Shown piece after piece: positions 1 through 8,583 of a DNA stretch of 64,000 nt. The position numbers were made by a program, and so were the translations under genes. The notes below the pieces were generated by a model. That model was given only the letters and a program-made list of their open reading frames with translations, did not search any database and was not told the origin of the DNA. Origin of the DNA: Acidimicrobiia bacterium (lineage in GTDB: Bacteria > Actinomycetota > Acidimicrobiia > Spongiisociales > ZC4RG35); assembly GCA_041744375.1 (NCBI GenBank), contig JBGTLA010000109.1:4553-68552 (forward strand). Reading direction: 5' to 3'. Numbering within the stretch: position 1 is the stretch's first letter; each line of letters opens with the position of its first letter.

Positions 1-222
1 GGTTTCTACGTCGCCATCGGTTCCAGCGGAAACCAGTTCAAGAATGCTTCGGTGGCCGCCTACTGCATGACCCAACTCATCCAGAGAGTGGAGGGCGGTC
101 ACGACCACGACTCAGACCCCGTGACTGTCGAGATGGTCCACACCGGCCTCCACCTCGACATGAGTGCCTTCGGTCGCAACCGCGAGATCAACCAAGACTC
201 CTCCTTCAGCGTCCTCGGCTGA
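1..222 (+). CDS. FAD-dependent oxidoreductase (DAO/sarcosine-oxidase-beta-like), C-terminal fragment; 5' end lies outside the window
   Basis: Frame +1 is open from position 1 to TGA at 220-222. The tail GFYVAIGSSGNQFKNASVAAYCMTQLIQ resembles the C-terminal FAD-contact segment of DAO-family flavoproteins. Confidence 0.45.
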   Translation, partial: GFYVAIGSSGNQFKNASVAAYCMTQLIQRVEGGHDHDSDPVTVEMVHTGLHLDMSAFGRNREINQDSSFSVLG

Positions 223-315
223 GAGGCATTCGGTGGATGTGAGCGACAGGCCCGTTGTTGTCGAAGGGGAGAAGCGGAAGAACCCGTATCCTGGCACGGA
301 GATCTCGAAGGGAAT

Positions 316-801
316 GTGATGAGAGCATTGGTGACGGTTGCGTCGAAACACGGCGCCACGGCCGAGATCGGTGACGCCATCGCCCGAGAGTTGGAGGCGG
401 CCGGTCACAACGTGACGAGCACGCTTCCTCAAGATGTGGCCGACGTGACCGCCTTCGGCGGTGTCATCATCGGCAGTGCCGTGTATGCGGGACGATGGCA
501 GAAAACGGCTCGGGAACTGGTGGACCGGGTCGGGTCGGACCTGGCCGGCCGAGCGGTCTGGCTGTTCTCGAGCGGCCCGGTGGGCGACCCGCCCAAACCC
601 GACGCCGAACCCGTCGACGTGGCCGCCATCGTCGAGTCCACAGCCGCCCTCGGACATCGCCTCTTCGCCGGCCGCTTGGACCCCGCCCTCCTCAACTTCG
701 GCGAGCGCGCCATCGTTACTGCCCTGCGGGCGCCGGCGGGCGACTTCCGCGACTGGGACGAGATCCGAGCGTGGGCACGCGAAATAGCGGCGCACGCGTG
801 A
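316..801 (+). CDS. Flavodoxin-like protein (HemG / Flavodoxin_5-type)
   Basis: 161 aa. Pattern VTVASKHGATAEIGDAIARELE ... VIIGSAVYAGRW ... VWLFSSGPVG parallels the HemG-type long-chain flavodoxin fold. Confidence 0.6.
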   Translation: MMRALVTVASKHGATAEIGDAIARELEAAGHNVTSTLPQDVADVTAFGGVIIGSAVYAGRWQKTARELVDRVGSDLAGRAVWLFSSGPVGDPPKPDAEPVDVAAIVESTAALGHRLFAGRLDPALLNFGERAIVTALRAPAGDFRDWDEIRAWAREIAAHA

Positions 802-803
802 AA

Positions 804-826
804 GGGCCGGGAGTCGATCCCGGCCC
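804..826. terminator. GC-rich hairpin (9-bp stem GGGCCGGGA / TCCCGGCCC, 5-nt loop) between convergent genes; putative bidirectional terminator
   Basis: Perfect inverted repeat read directly from the sequence, starting 3 nt after the flavodoxin stop codon. No U-tract follows, which is common for actinobacterial terminators. Confidence 0.4.
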
Positions 827-842
827 CACACGCATCAGGCGA

Positions 843-1214
843 TCAGAGCATCCAGATGAGGACCATCACCAGGGCGACCGTCGCCATGAGAGCGGTTACC
901 GCCCAGACGGTCCGGGTCACCGCGATGTCGTTCCACCGCGACTCGCCTCCGAGGGCTCGACGGGCAGCGAGACCGAACGCTGCTGCCATCATCAGGCCTC
1001 CACCCGTGAACATGCCCAGGTACCAACCCGGGACCAATCCACCGAGGAACCAATTGGTGGGAACTGCGTACATCCATGCTCCAACCACGATGGCGGCCAG
1101 ACCGAACCACCCCGCCACCTTCTCGGTGAGGTTGAACCCTGCGCGGGGCTGGACGACTTCCGTCGTGGGACGTTCTTGCAGCATCGTCACAACGACCTCC
1201 TCTCCGGACGGCAC
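843..1214 (-). CDS. Small hydrophobic membrane protein (about 3 TM), unknown function
   Basis: 123-aa ORF with long hydrophobic stretches (WFGLAAIVVGAWMYAV; LMMAAAFGLAA; VWAVTALMATVALVMVLIWML). The start could also be the internal Met11. Confidence 0.4.
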   Translation of the reverse strand: MPSGEEVVVTMLQERPTTEVVQPRAGFNLTEKVAGWFGLAAIVVGAWMYAVPTNWFLGGLVPGWYLGMFTGGGLMMAAAFGLAARRALGGESRWNDIAVTRTVWAVTALMATVALVMVLIWML

Positions 1215-1319
1215 CTATCGGGCCATCCTGTTTCATCCTGAGTGAGCCGGCGTCGAGCCGCCAGAGGAGAAAGACCCAACCCCCGCCTGACTCGCATTTT
1301 GCACTAAAGTGCCTGCCAC

Positions 1320-2081
1320 ATGAGCACCCCGACAGCTACCCGTTCGCTCGGCAGGCTTCGCCTCTACAACGTCGTCATGGGTCTGCTCCATGCGGCCCAA
1401 GGCTTGGCCGTCTTGGCCCTGGCCAGCTCCTTTACCTTGCCGGTGGTGGCCACCTACCTGCAAGGCCCGCCCGGCTCACCGGCCGATAACCCGACCGTAC
1501 TGGCCAACCTCTCGGTGGCCTGGGGAGTTGCCGTGTTCTTGTTCCTCTCGGCATCGTTCCACCTGCTCATCTCCAGCCCGTGGTTTTTCGACCACTACGC
1601 CGGCGGCCTCACCCAGGGACGCAACTATTTCCGATGGGTGGAGTATTCGCTTTCGTCTTCGGCCATGATCGTGCTCATCGCCATGCTCACGGGGATCAGC
1701 GACGTCGCCGCACTGGTGGCCCTCTTCGGCGTCAACACCGCCATGATCTTCTTCGGCGCCGTACAGGAGAAATACGAGCAGCCCGGTGGCTCGCTGCTTC
1801 CGTTCTGGCTGGGCTGCATCGCCGGCGCCGTGCCCTGGGTGGCAATCGGCTTCTATCTGTTCTCCCCCGGTAGTAGCGTCCAACCACCCGGGTTCGTGTA
1901 CGCAATCTTCTTCTCGCTGTTCATCTTCTTCAACGTGTTCGCCGTCAACATGTGGCTCCAGTACCGGCGCATCGGCCGGTGGAGCAACTACCTGTTCGGT
2001 GAATCGGCGTACATCCTTCTCAGCTTGGTGGCCAAGTCGGCGCTGGCTTGGCAGGTGTTCGCAGGCACGCTGGCCGTGTGA
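1320..2081 (+). CDS. Heliorhodopsin
   Basis: 253 aa with seven hydrophobic segments. N-terminal RLYNVVMGLLHAAQGLAVL, central FRWVEYSLSSSAMIVLIA and C-terminal WSNYLFGESAYILLSLVAKSALAWQVF (Lys about 239, the Schiff-base lysine position) match the conserved heliorhodopsin blocks as I recall them. Confidence 0.8.
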   Translation: MSTPTATRSLGRLRLYNVVMGLLHAAQGLAVLALASSFTLPVVATYLQGPPGSPADNPTVLANLSVAWGVAVFLFLSASFHLLISSPWFFDHYAGGLTQGRNYFRWVEYSLSSSAMIVLIAMLTGISDVAALVALFGVNTAMIFFGAVQEKYEQPGGSLLPFWLGCIAGAVPWVAIGFYLFSPGSSVQPPGFVYAIFFSLFIFFNVFAVNMWLQYRRIGRWSNYLFGESAYILLSLVAKSALAWQVFAGTLAV

Positions 2082-2099
2082 GCAGCCCCTCAGTGAGCG

Positions 2100-3104
2100 T
2101 CACCGACCCCCGACGAGGGCGGCGGTGTCGACGAGCCGGGCGGAATATCCCCACTCGTTGTCGTACCAGCTCACGACCTTCACGACCCGGTCCCGCAGCA
2201 CCATGGTCGATTCGGCGTCGACGATCGACGAGTGCGGGTCGCCGATGATGTCACGCGAGACGAGGGCCTCGTCTGTCACCCGCAGTACTCCTCGCATCGG
2301 CCCGTCGGCGGCTGCCCGCAGGGCATCGTTTACGTCATGGGTGGTGACGTCGGCGTTCAGCTGGGCGACGATGTCGCATACCGAGCCGTCCTCCACGGGA
2401 ACCCGAAACGCCATGCCGTCCATGCGACCGGCCAACTCGGGTATGACCAACCCGGTGGCCTTGGCGGCTCCGGTGGTGGTGGGCACGATCGACAGCGCCG
2501 CCGCTCTCCCCCGCCGCCTCTTGCGCATGGGGGTGTCCATGAGAGCCTGGCTAGAGGTGTAGGCGTGAATGGTGGTGACCATGACGTGCTCGATCCCGAA
2601 GCTGTCGTTGAGCACCTTGGCCACAGGCGCCAGGCAATTGGTGGTACATGACGCGTTCGAGATCATCACATGCTCATCGACGTCGAAGGCGTCCTGGTTG
2701 ACGCCGAACACGACGGTGACGTCCACATCGTCCGATGGAGCCGAGATGATGACCTTTTCGGCACCTGCCGCCAGATGCCCACCTGCCTCGGCCCGGCCGC
2801 GGAACGCCCCGGTGCACTCGATGACCACTTCAGCTCCCAGCTCCCCCCAGGGGATATCTGCCGGTGACCGCTCCGACGAGAATGCCACCTTCAGATCGTC
2901 GACGATGATGGTCGACGAGTCGTTGGACACCTTGCGGGGGTACCAACCGTGCACCGAGTCGTACTTCAGGAGATAGGCCAGGTCCCCGATATCGCTGAGG
3001 TCGTTGACCCCGACGACCTCGAAGCGGTCGTCGGCGAGAAACTGCTTGAAGACACATCGACCGATGCGTCCGAAACCGTTGATTCCGATCTTGAGTGGTG
3101 CCAT
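2100..3104 (-). CDS. gap: Type I glyceraldehyde-3-phosphate dehydrogenase
   Basis: 334 aa. N-terminal KIGINGFGRIGR Rossmann motif, catalytic SNASCTTNCLAP and a full-length GAPDH signature. Confidence 0.95.
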   Translation of the reverse strand: MAPLKIGINGFGRIGRCVFKQFLADDRFEVVGVNDLSDIGDLAYLLKYDSVHGWYPRKVSNDSSTIIVDDLKVAFSSERSPADIPWGELGAEVVIECTGAFRGRAEAGGHLAAGAEKVIISAPSDDVDVTVVFGVNQDAFDVDEHVMISNASCTTNCLAPVAKVLNDSFGIEHVMVTTIHAYTSSQALMDTPMRKRRRGRAAALSIVPTTTGAAKATGLVIPELAGRMDGMAFRVPVEDGSVCDIVAQLNADVTTHDVNDALRAAADGPMRGVLRVTDEALVSRDIIGDPHSSIVDAESTMVLRDRVVKVVSWYDNEWGYSARLVDTAALVGGR

Positions 3105-3131
3105 GGACCTCCTCTGGTCTTAGATACCAAC

Positions 3132-3821
3132 CTACCCCACCGTCCGGTTCAACCAGAAGGCACCGCTCACCAGGCTCTGCCGCTCCAGCAAAGCGAAGAC
3201 AACGGCGAACATCACGGCCAGAGCGGCGATGAGGCCGAGCATCACACCGATCAGATAGGCTGAATCGCCGCCGAAATCGACCAGACCGATCGGCGACACG
3301 TTGAGACCCAAGAAGAGCACGAGGACCGCCACCGTCGCCAAGATCGGTCCGAGATCGGACCATCCCCGACCGAACAACCGAGTCAGCACCGCCGCGGCCG
3401 CCCCCGTGAAGACCAGGGTCATCGGCAGCGCCTTCACGATGAGGTCGTCGACCGGTCCGCCCACCGCCACAATGGCCTCCATCGAGGTCACGGGTTCGAA
3501 GACCAACACTGACACCAATCCGAGGAGCCCGAACATAGCCATGAAGGCGAGGTTGTATCGCCACCAGGCCGCCAGGGACGGCTCCGCGAAGAGTCGGCGA
3601 AAGGTCACGGCGAGGCCGAACCCGCAGAGAGCCCCAGCAACCATCATCACCACGAGCATGTCCCAAATGTCGCTTATGAAGATGTCGTGGATGATGGTGA
3701 AGCCGACCGTCGCCGCCACGCCGGCAACGACACCCGAACGGCCATAGCCGGCGACTTCGGCTCGGCTGTCGGGCGGGCTCACGACTCCGCCCTCGCCGGG
3801 TCCCGAGTCGTCACCAACCAT
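3132..3821 (-). CDS. Integral membrane protein (about 6 TM), unknown function
   Basis: 229-aa ORF with multiple hydrophobic helices and no recognisable motif. Confidence 0.45.
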   Translation of the reverse strand: MVGDDSGPGEGGVVSPPDSRAEVAGYGRSGVVAGVAATVGFTIIHDIFISDIWDMLVVMMVAGALCGFGLAVTFRRLFAEPSLAAWWRYNLAFMAMFGLLGLVSVLVFEPVTSMEAIVAVGGPVDDLIVKALPMTLVFTGAAAAVLTRLFGRGWSDLGPILATVAVLVLFLGLNVSPIGLVDFGGDSAYLIGVMLGLIAALAVMFAVVFALLERQSLVSGAFWLNRTVG

Positions 3822-4049
3822 CCCCCAACCAGCCCGATCCCGAAGAAATGTCTGACCAAAGCAGTTGTCCGCCCCGCCACCACTCTCGCTCCTCTCGCTC
3901 GACCTGGTGGGAACCTACGCCTCCGACGTCCGGTGGACAACGGTGCTGGCTGGAGTTCAGGGGTGGGGCCTGTCTGAGATTCCTCGACGTTTTCGGTCGA
4001 CGTTTGGCCGCCGGACAGAACCATCCACTAGGTTGAGTGCCAGAGCCAC

Positions 4050-4913
4050 ATGAGGGGAACCTTGAACATCGCCGACAAATTGCACGACATCGCGGTCTCG
4101 GAGCTCGATCTCGCCCGCCACGTCACCGTCGAAGCCGACACCAGCGTCAACCAGACCATCCGCCGAATGAACGACGCCGAGCGCTCGAGCGCCTTGATCG
4201 TCGACGCCGACCAACTCGTGGGCATTTTCACCCAGCGAGACGTCGTCATGAGCGTCCTCGGTGTCGATGGCATCTGCGATCGACCTGTGCGTGACGTCAT
4301 GACTCCCTCACCCCGCACCGTGGGCAGCGATGCTTCCGTCACCGATGCTCTGGCCGTCATGACTGAGATGTGGGTGCGGAGCGTCCCGGTGGTCGACCAC
4401 GGGTCGATCATCGGCAACTTCTCGTTCTACACCGCCATGAAACTCATCGCCGACCTGCTCACCGACAAGTCCAGCCGCAGCGAGAACGACCTCTCGGCTC
4501 AGCATGGACTGATGTTCGTGGACCTCACCGGACTGCACACAGCTGCACCGGTGACGGTGCGAACCAACGACACCCTCGACACCGCCGTCCACCACATGAA
4601 CGCCAGGGCGCTCGGGTCGGTCCTCGTCGTCAACGCCCGCGAGTCCCTCGTCGGCGTTCTCACCGAGTTCGACCTCCAGACCAAGTTCGCCTGCCGAGGA
4701 CAAGACCTGGCCCAGGTGATGGTGGAGCAGGTCATGACACCGGACCCGGAGGCGCTGACGGTCCGCTCTCCCATCTCCGACGCCATTGCCCGTATGACCG
4801 ACCGGGAGATGTCTTACGTGGCTCTCGTCGGAGAGACGGGCCGACCGGTGGGGACGGCCACCTTCCGAGAAGTTGCCGACTACTTCGAATCGAGCCTGGT
4901 GGCGCTCGGTTGA
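4050..4913 (+). CDS. CBS-domain protein (two CBS pairs)
   Basis: 287 aa with repeated CBS-like blocks (SALIVDADQLVGIFTQRDVV; SVPVVDHGSIIGNFS; GSVLVVNARESLVGVLTEFDL; SYVALVGETGRPVGTATFREV). Confidence 0.7.
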   Translation: MRGTLNIADKLHDIAVSELDLARHVTVEADTSVNQTIRRMNDAERSSALIVDADQLVGIFTQRDVVMSVLGVDGICDRPVRDVMTPSPRTVGSDASVTDALAVMTEMWVRSVPVVDHGSIIGNFSFYTAMKLIADLLTDKSSRSENDLSAQHGLMFVDLTGLHTAAPVTVRTNDTLDTAVHHMNARALGSVLVVNARESLVGVLTEFDLQTKFACRGQDLAQVMVEQVMTPDPEALTVRSPISDAIARMTDREMSYVALVGETGRPVGTATFREVADYFESSLVALG

Positions 4914-4925
4914 AGCGCGCCTCCT

Positions 4926-6236
4926 TCAGGTGACCGCTGCGTAGAGCTGCCACTGCTCGGGGATGCCCTTGAAGGAGTGGACACCGGCATCGGCGAGGGT
5001 GATGCCCGATCCGGCCACGAGATCCTTCACGGTGCGCGAAATCAACACGTCGCTCGCACCGGCGATGGCGGAGACACGAGCGGCGATGTTGACTGCCATT
5101 CCTTCGACGTCGCCCCCGGCGAAGCGGACTTCTCCGGTGTGGAGCCCGGCCCGAACCTGGAGGCCGATGGGACGGACTGCCCTTGTGATCTCGACGGCAC
5201 AGCGAATGGCACGGGCCGGACCGTCGAATGTGGCCAGGAAGCCGTCACCGAGCAATTTGATCTCTCTGCCCCGGAACCGCTCGAGCTGGGCACGCACCAC
5301 CCGGTTGTGGGCGTCGAGCAGGTCTCCCCACCGCTCGTCACCGAGGGCATGAGCACGCGCCGTGGAGTCGACGATGTCGGTGAAGAGCACGGTGGCGAGC
5401 ACGCTTTCACCGGTCGGAAGGGTGCGTTGGCCGGTGAGAAAAACCTCGATCTCGTCCAAGATCTGGCCGGCGTTGTCTCCGACGGAGAGCAGATGATCCT
5501 CCCCGGGCAGATCCACCAGCCGGGCCCCGGGGATTCTATCGGCGAGCATCTGACCGGCTTCGAAATCTATGAGCATGTCGTCGTGACGGTGGATCACCAG
5601 GGTTGGGACCTGCACGGCCCCGAGCACGTCGGAGATGTCGATCTGGCGGTTCATCTCCATGAGCTCGGTCACGGCTCGCGGATCTCCACCGAGGCGTTCG
5701 AACTTCCCCCACCACACCATCATGTCGGCTTCGTCGGCCGCCCCGGGAGCGAACAGGGGAAGGCTTTTTCCGCTGCCCCAGCTCGTGTCGACGTAGACGA
5801 GGAACTCCTCGAACTCCTCGTCGGTCGCCAGCCACGACGAGAACCGGGCGAACGCCCCGTATAGGACGAGGGCGGTGCAACGGTCGGGGTGATGGGCGGC
5901 GAACAACGTGGCCAGTGAACCACCTTCGGATACGCCGAAGATCGCCGCCCGTTCGATGCCCTCGGCGTCCATGACCGCGCGGACGTCGTCCATACGCTTG
6001 TCCATCGTCGGAAGGGTGGACACCCGAGACGACAGGCCCGTTCCCCGCTTGTCGAACATTAGGACACGAGCAAAGCTCCCCAAGCGCTCCAACATGCGGG
6101 AGAAACGGGGATCGTCCCAATAGTTGTCGATGTGGGAGACGAACCCCGGCACGAACACCAGGTCGAGGCCGGCACCGAACACCTGATAGGCGACATGGAC
6201 GTTGTCGGCTCTGGCATAGCGGGTGGTCGGGTTCAT
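4926..6236 (-). CDS. Alpha/beta-hydrolase fused to class III adenylate/guanylate cyclase domain (LipJ-like architecture)
   Basis: 436 aa. The N-terminal half has hydrolase-fold blocks (VFVPGFVSHID; GVSEGG nucleophile elbow). The C-terminal half has cyclase homology motifs LFTDIVDST, LLGDGFLATFD, GLHTGEV and NIAARV. Confidence 0.8.
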   Translation of the reverse strand: MNPTTRYARADNVHVAYQVFGAGLDLVFVPGFVSHIDNYWDDPRFSRMLERLGSFARVLMFDKRGTGLSSRVSTLPTMDKRMDDVRAVMDAEGIERAAIFGVSEGGSLATLFAAHHPDRCTALVLYGAFARFSSWLATDEEFEEFLVYVDTSWGSGKSLPLFAPGAADEADMMVWWGKFERLGGDPRAVTELMEMNRQIDISDVLGAVQVPTLVIHRHDDMLIDFEAGQMLADRIPGARLVDLPGEDHLLSVGDNAGQILDEIEVFLTGQRTLPTGESVLATVLFTDIVDSTARAHALGDERWGDLLDAHNRVVRAQLERFRGREIKLLGDGFLATFDGPARAIRCAVEITRAVRPIGLQVRAGLHTGEVRFAGGDVEGMAVNIAARVSAIAGASDVLISRTVKDLVAGSGITLADAGVHSFKGIPEQWQLYAAVT

Positions 6237-6271
6237 CGCGAAGGCGAGTATGCCAGCCTCCGCCTCAAGGT

Positions 6272-6706
6272 TCAGCCGGTGGTCGCCACCAGCCGGTCGA
6301 ACTCGGCGCGGAGCTGGGTCCAGGCATCACGCAGCTGTGCCTCGACTTCGGAGCCGTCGAGCGTCTGCTGGAACTCGTCCATCTCCTCTCGGATCGCCAC
6401 GGTGTCGACGGCTACTCCCGACCTGATCGACTCCACAGCCCCTCTCAACTGGCCCTCAACACGCCGCCAGGCGGACTCGAGGTCTGCTTGAACGGCACCG
6501 GCATCGACCTCGTCGCTCATGCGGCGAATCTCGGCTTCGACCTGGCTGACGTCGGGGACGGCCACAGTGTCGGGGATCTCGAGGGTGTCAGGGATCTCGA
6601 GGGAGTCGGGGGTCTCGAGATCCATGTCGACTCCGGTGTCTCCGGCGCAGGCGGCGAGCATGAACACCGACAGCACGGCGCCGGTTGCAAGGGTTCGCGT
6701 CCTCAT
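6272..6706 (-). CDS. Lipoprotein with internal PD(S/T)LEI tandem repeats, unknown function
   Basis: 144 aa. Signal peptide plus lipobox (VFMLAACAGD); the repeat PDSLEIPDTLEIPDTVAVPD is encoded by an 18-nt tandem DNA repeat. Confidence 0.5.
   Translation of the reverse strand: MRTRTLATGAVLSVFMLAACAGDTGVDMDLETPDSLEIPDTLEIPDTVAVPDVSQVEAEIRRMSDEVDAGAVQADLESAWRRVEGQLRGAVESIRSGVAVDTVAIREEMDEFQQTLDGSEVEAQLRDAWTQLRAEFDRLVATTG
6570..6620. repeat. About 18-nt tandem repeat (gggatctcgagggtgtca-like, about 2.7 copies) inside the lipoprotein gene
   Basis: Directly visible: tcggggatctcgagggtg / tcagggatctcgagggag / tcgggggtctcgag. Confidence 0.5.
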
Positions 6707-6908
6707 TGGTTCTCTCCGTTGGGTAGATCGTTGCCCTAACCGCTACCCGCTGGCGCGCTTTTCAAACCGCCCGGCCCGCCCGGTATCGGATTCATCGATT
6801 GCGGACGCATGCCATGGAGTCGAGTCGTTTCGCCCTCTCGTGGCCGTCTTCTTCGGCTGACGCATAGTCGAACCGCCGGGTGGAGGCTCGATCCATTGCA
6901 CAGGCACT

Positions 6909-7577
6909 TTGATACGCTGGCACCGCATGGAGCGGATCTCGTTGGGAAAGATGCAGAACCCGGTACGGGGATTCCTCCATGGTTCAGCAGCCGTCGTCTC
7001 CCTCGCCGTCCTCGTTGCTCTCGGGACGCTGGCCGTCGGTGGCGGTCTCAAGGTGGCGTTGTGGGTGTATGGGGTGTCATTGGTGGCCCTCTACACCACC
7101 AGCACCCTCTACCACACCATGCCCTGGGGACCACGCTGGAAAGCCTGGTGGCAACGTCTGGATCACACCGCCATCTACATACTCGTGGCCGGCACCAGCA
7201 CTCCGCTCTTCGTGGCGGTTCTCGACGGTGCCTGGATGTGGGCCGGTCTGGCGCTCATCTGGGGGATCGGCGTGGTGGGCGCGTTGCGAGAGTTCGTTCC
7301 CGCCTTGAGACGCCGGTGGACGGTGGGTGTGCAGATGGCGATGGGAGCCCTCGGTGCCATCCCGATGGCCGTCATGCTGATTCGGATGGACACCAGGCCG
7401 ATGGTGCTGACCATCGCCGGCAGCGTTATGTACTTGGTGGCGTTGGTTCTCTTCATCAACAAGCGGCCCCGGCTCTTCCCGCGCATCTTCTCCCACCACG
7501 AGGTCTTCCACGTCTTCGTGATAGCCGCCAGCGTCACTCATTTCACCGCAGTGTGGAGCGTCGTCAAACAGTTCTGA
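6909..7577 (+). CDS. Hemolysin III / PAQR family membrane protein
   Basis: 222 aa, 7 TM. Motifs WQRLDHTAIYILVAGTSTP and HHEVFHVFV are typical of the hlyIII/YqfA family. Confidence 0.8.
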   Translation: MIRWHRMERISLGKMQNPVRGFLHGSAAVVSLAVLVALGTLAVGGGLKVALWVYGVSLVALYTTSTLYHTMPWGPRWKAWWQRLDHTAIYILVAGTSTPLFVAVLDGAWMWAGLALIWGIGVVGALREFVPALRRRWTVGVQMAMGALGAIPMAVMLIRMDTRPMVLTIAGSVMYLVALVLFINKRPRLFPRIFSHHEVFHVFVIAASVTHFTAVWSVVKQF

Positions 7578-7627
7578 AACGCCTTCCGCATGGGCAGTGC
7601 CTCGGCGCATTTCGAACTCATGGTATA

Positions 7628-7646
7628 TAGTGGACCGAGTCCACTA
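7628..7646. promoter_or_regulatory. Perfect 19-bp palindrome TAGTGGAC-cga-GTCCACTA directly upstream of the MarR-GNAT RBS; putative MarR autoregulatory operator
   Basis: Inverted repeat with 8-bp arms read from the sequence. It is followed by GGAGG (7650-7654) and ATG at 7659. Confidence 0.5.
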
Positions 7647-7658
7647 GTTGGAGGCGAG

Positions 7659-8576
7659 ATGACTGCAGGAGCCGTCGAGCGGGTCCGGGAGTTCAACCGG
7701 GGGTGGACCGAGGTGCTCGGTCTGTTGGATCAGGGACTGTTGGAGACCGAACACTCGCTGGCAGAAGCTCGGGTCCTCTTCGAATTGGCGCAACGCCCAT
7801 CGTGGGAGCGCCTGGAGCTTCGGCAGCGTTTGGGAATGGATGCCAGCTTCCTCACGCGAGTTCTCGGCCGCTTGGAACACAAGGATCTGGTGGCTTTGAG
7901 CGCCTCGCCCACGGATAGACGGGCACTGGTGGTGGCGCTGACCCAGGCCGGCCGAGCCGCCTTCGATGACCTCGATCGACGTTCGGCCGAACAGGTGGCT
8001 GAGATGCTCGTCCGTCTGACGCCCGAGCAGCAGTCGACACTGATAGAGGCGATGACGGTCGTGTCCCAGCTCCTCCGACCGCCGGCGACGGAACGGGGAA
8101 GCGTCATCAGGGGGTTGCAACCGGGAGACCTGGGTTGGGTCGTCGGCCGTCACGGCGCCGCCTATTGGGACGAGTTCGGCTGGAATCTCGAGTTCGAAGC
8201 CCTCGTGGCGCGCATCGTGGCCGACTATCACTCCCATCTCGCGCCCGGCCGTGAGAACGCTTGGATCGCCGAGATGGACGGGGCCCGGGCCGGATGTGTG
8301 TTCTGTTGCCAACGAGATGCCGACACGGCCCAGCTTCGCATCCTCCTGGTGGAGCGATGGGCCCGAGGATTTGGGGTGGGCAGGCGTCTGGTCGACGAAT
8401 GCGTAAGCTTCGCCCGGGCGGCCGGCTACTCGAAGATGATGCTGTGGACCAACGACGTGTTGGTCTCGGCCCGACGTATCTACGAGGCCGTCGGCTTCGA
8501 GCTCGTCGAAGAAGAGGAGCATCACAGCTTCGGTCACGACCTCGTGGGCCAGAACTGGGAGATGGATCTGAACTGA
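7659..8576 (+). CDS. MarR-family HTH regulator fused to GNAT N-acetyltransferase
   Basis: N-terminal MarR wHTH (LAEARVLFELAQRPSWERLELRQRLGMDASFLTRVLGRLEHKDLV...DRR). C-terminal GNAT fold (AWIAEMDGARAGCV; RWARGFGVGRRLVDECVSFARAAGYSKMMLWTN). Start chosen at the ATG preceded by GGAGG. Confidence 0.8.
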   Translation: MTAGAVERVREFNRGWTEVLGLLDQGLLETEHSLAEARVLFELAQRPSWERLELRQRLGMDASFLTRVLGRLEHKDLVALSASPTDRRALVVALTQAGRAAFDDLDRRSAEQVAEMLVRLTPEQQSTLIEAMTVVSQLLRPPATERGSVIRGLQPGDLGWVVGRHGAAYWDEFGWNLEFEALVARIVADYHSHLAPGRENAWIAEMDGARAGCVFCCQRDADTAQLRILLVERWARGFGVGRRLVDECVSFARAAGYSKMMLWTNDVLVSARRIYEAVGFELVEEEEHHSFGHDLVGQNWEMDLN

Positions 8577-8583
8577 GCCGCAA

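Noticed and set aside
495-1241. 248-aa plus-strand ORF spanning the flavodoxin gene and the downstream membrane-protein gene region.
   Set aside because: It is an alternate frame of two convincingly coding regions (flavodoxin on the plus strand, membrane protein on the minus strand). The translation is Arg/Pro/Gly-rich with no motifs.
3822-4049. 230-bp intergenic region searched for a tRNA or small RNA (contains the direct repeat tcgacgttt x2 and short GC stems).
   Set aside because: No T-loop-like GTTCGA(A/G)TC motif and no acceptor/anticodon arrangement could be built. The repeats are short and could be chance. No other intergenic region had tRNA-like features either. No CRISPR-like spaced repeats were seen anywhere in the window.
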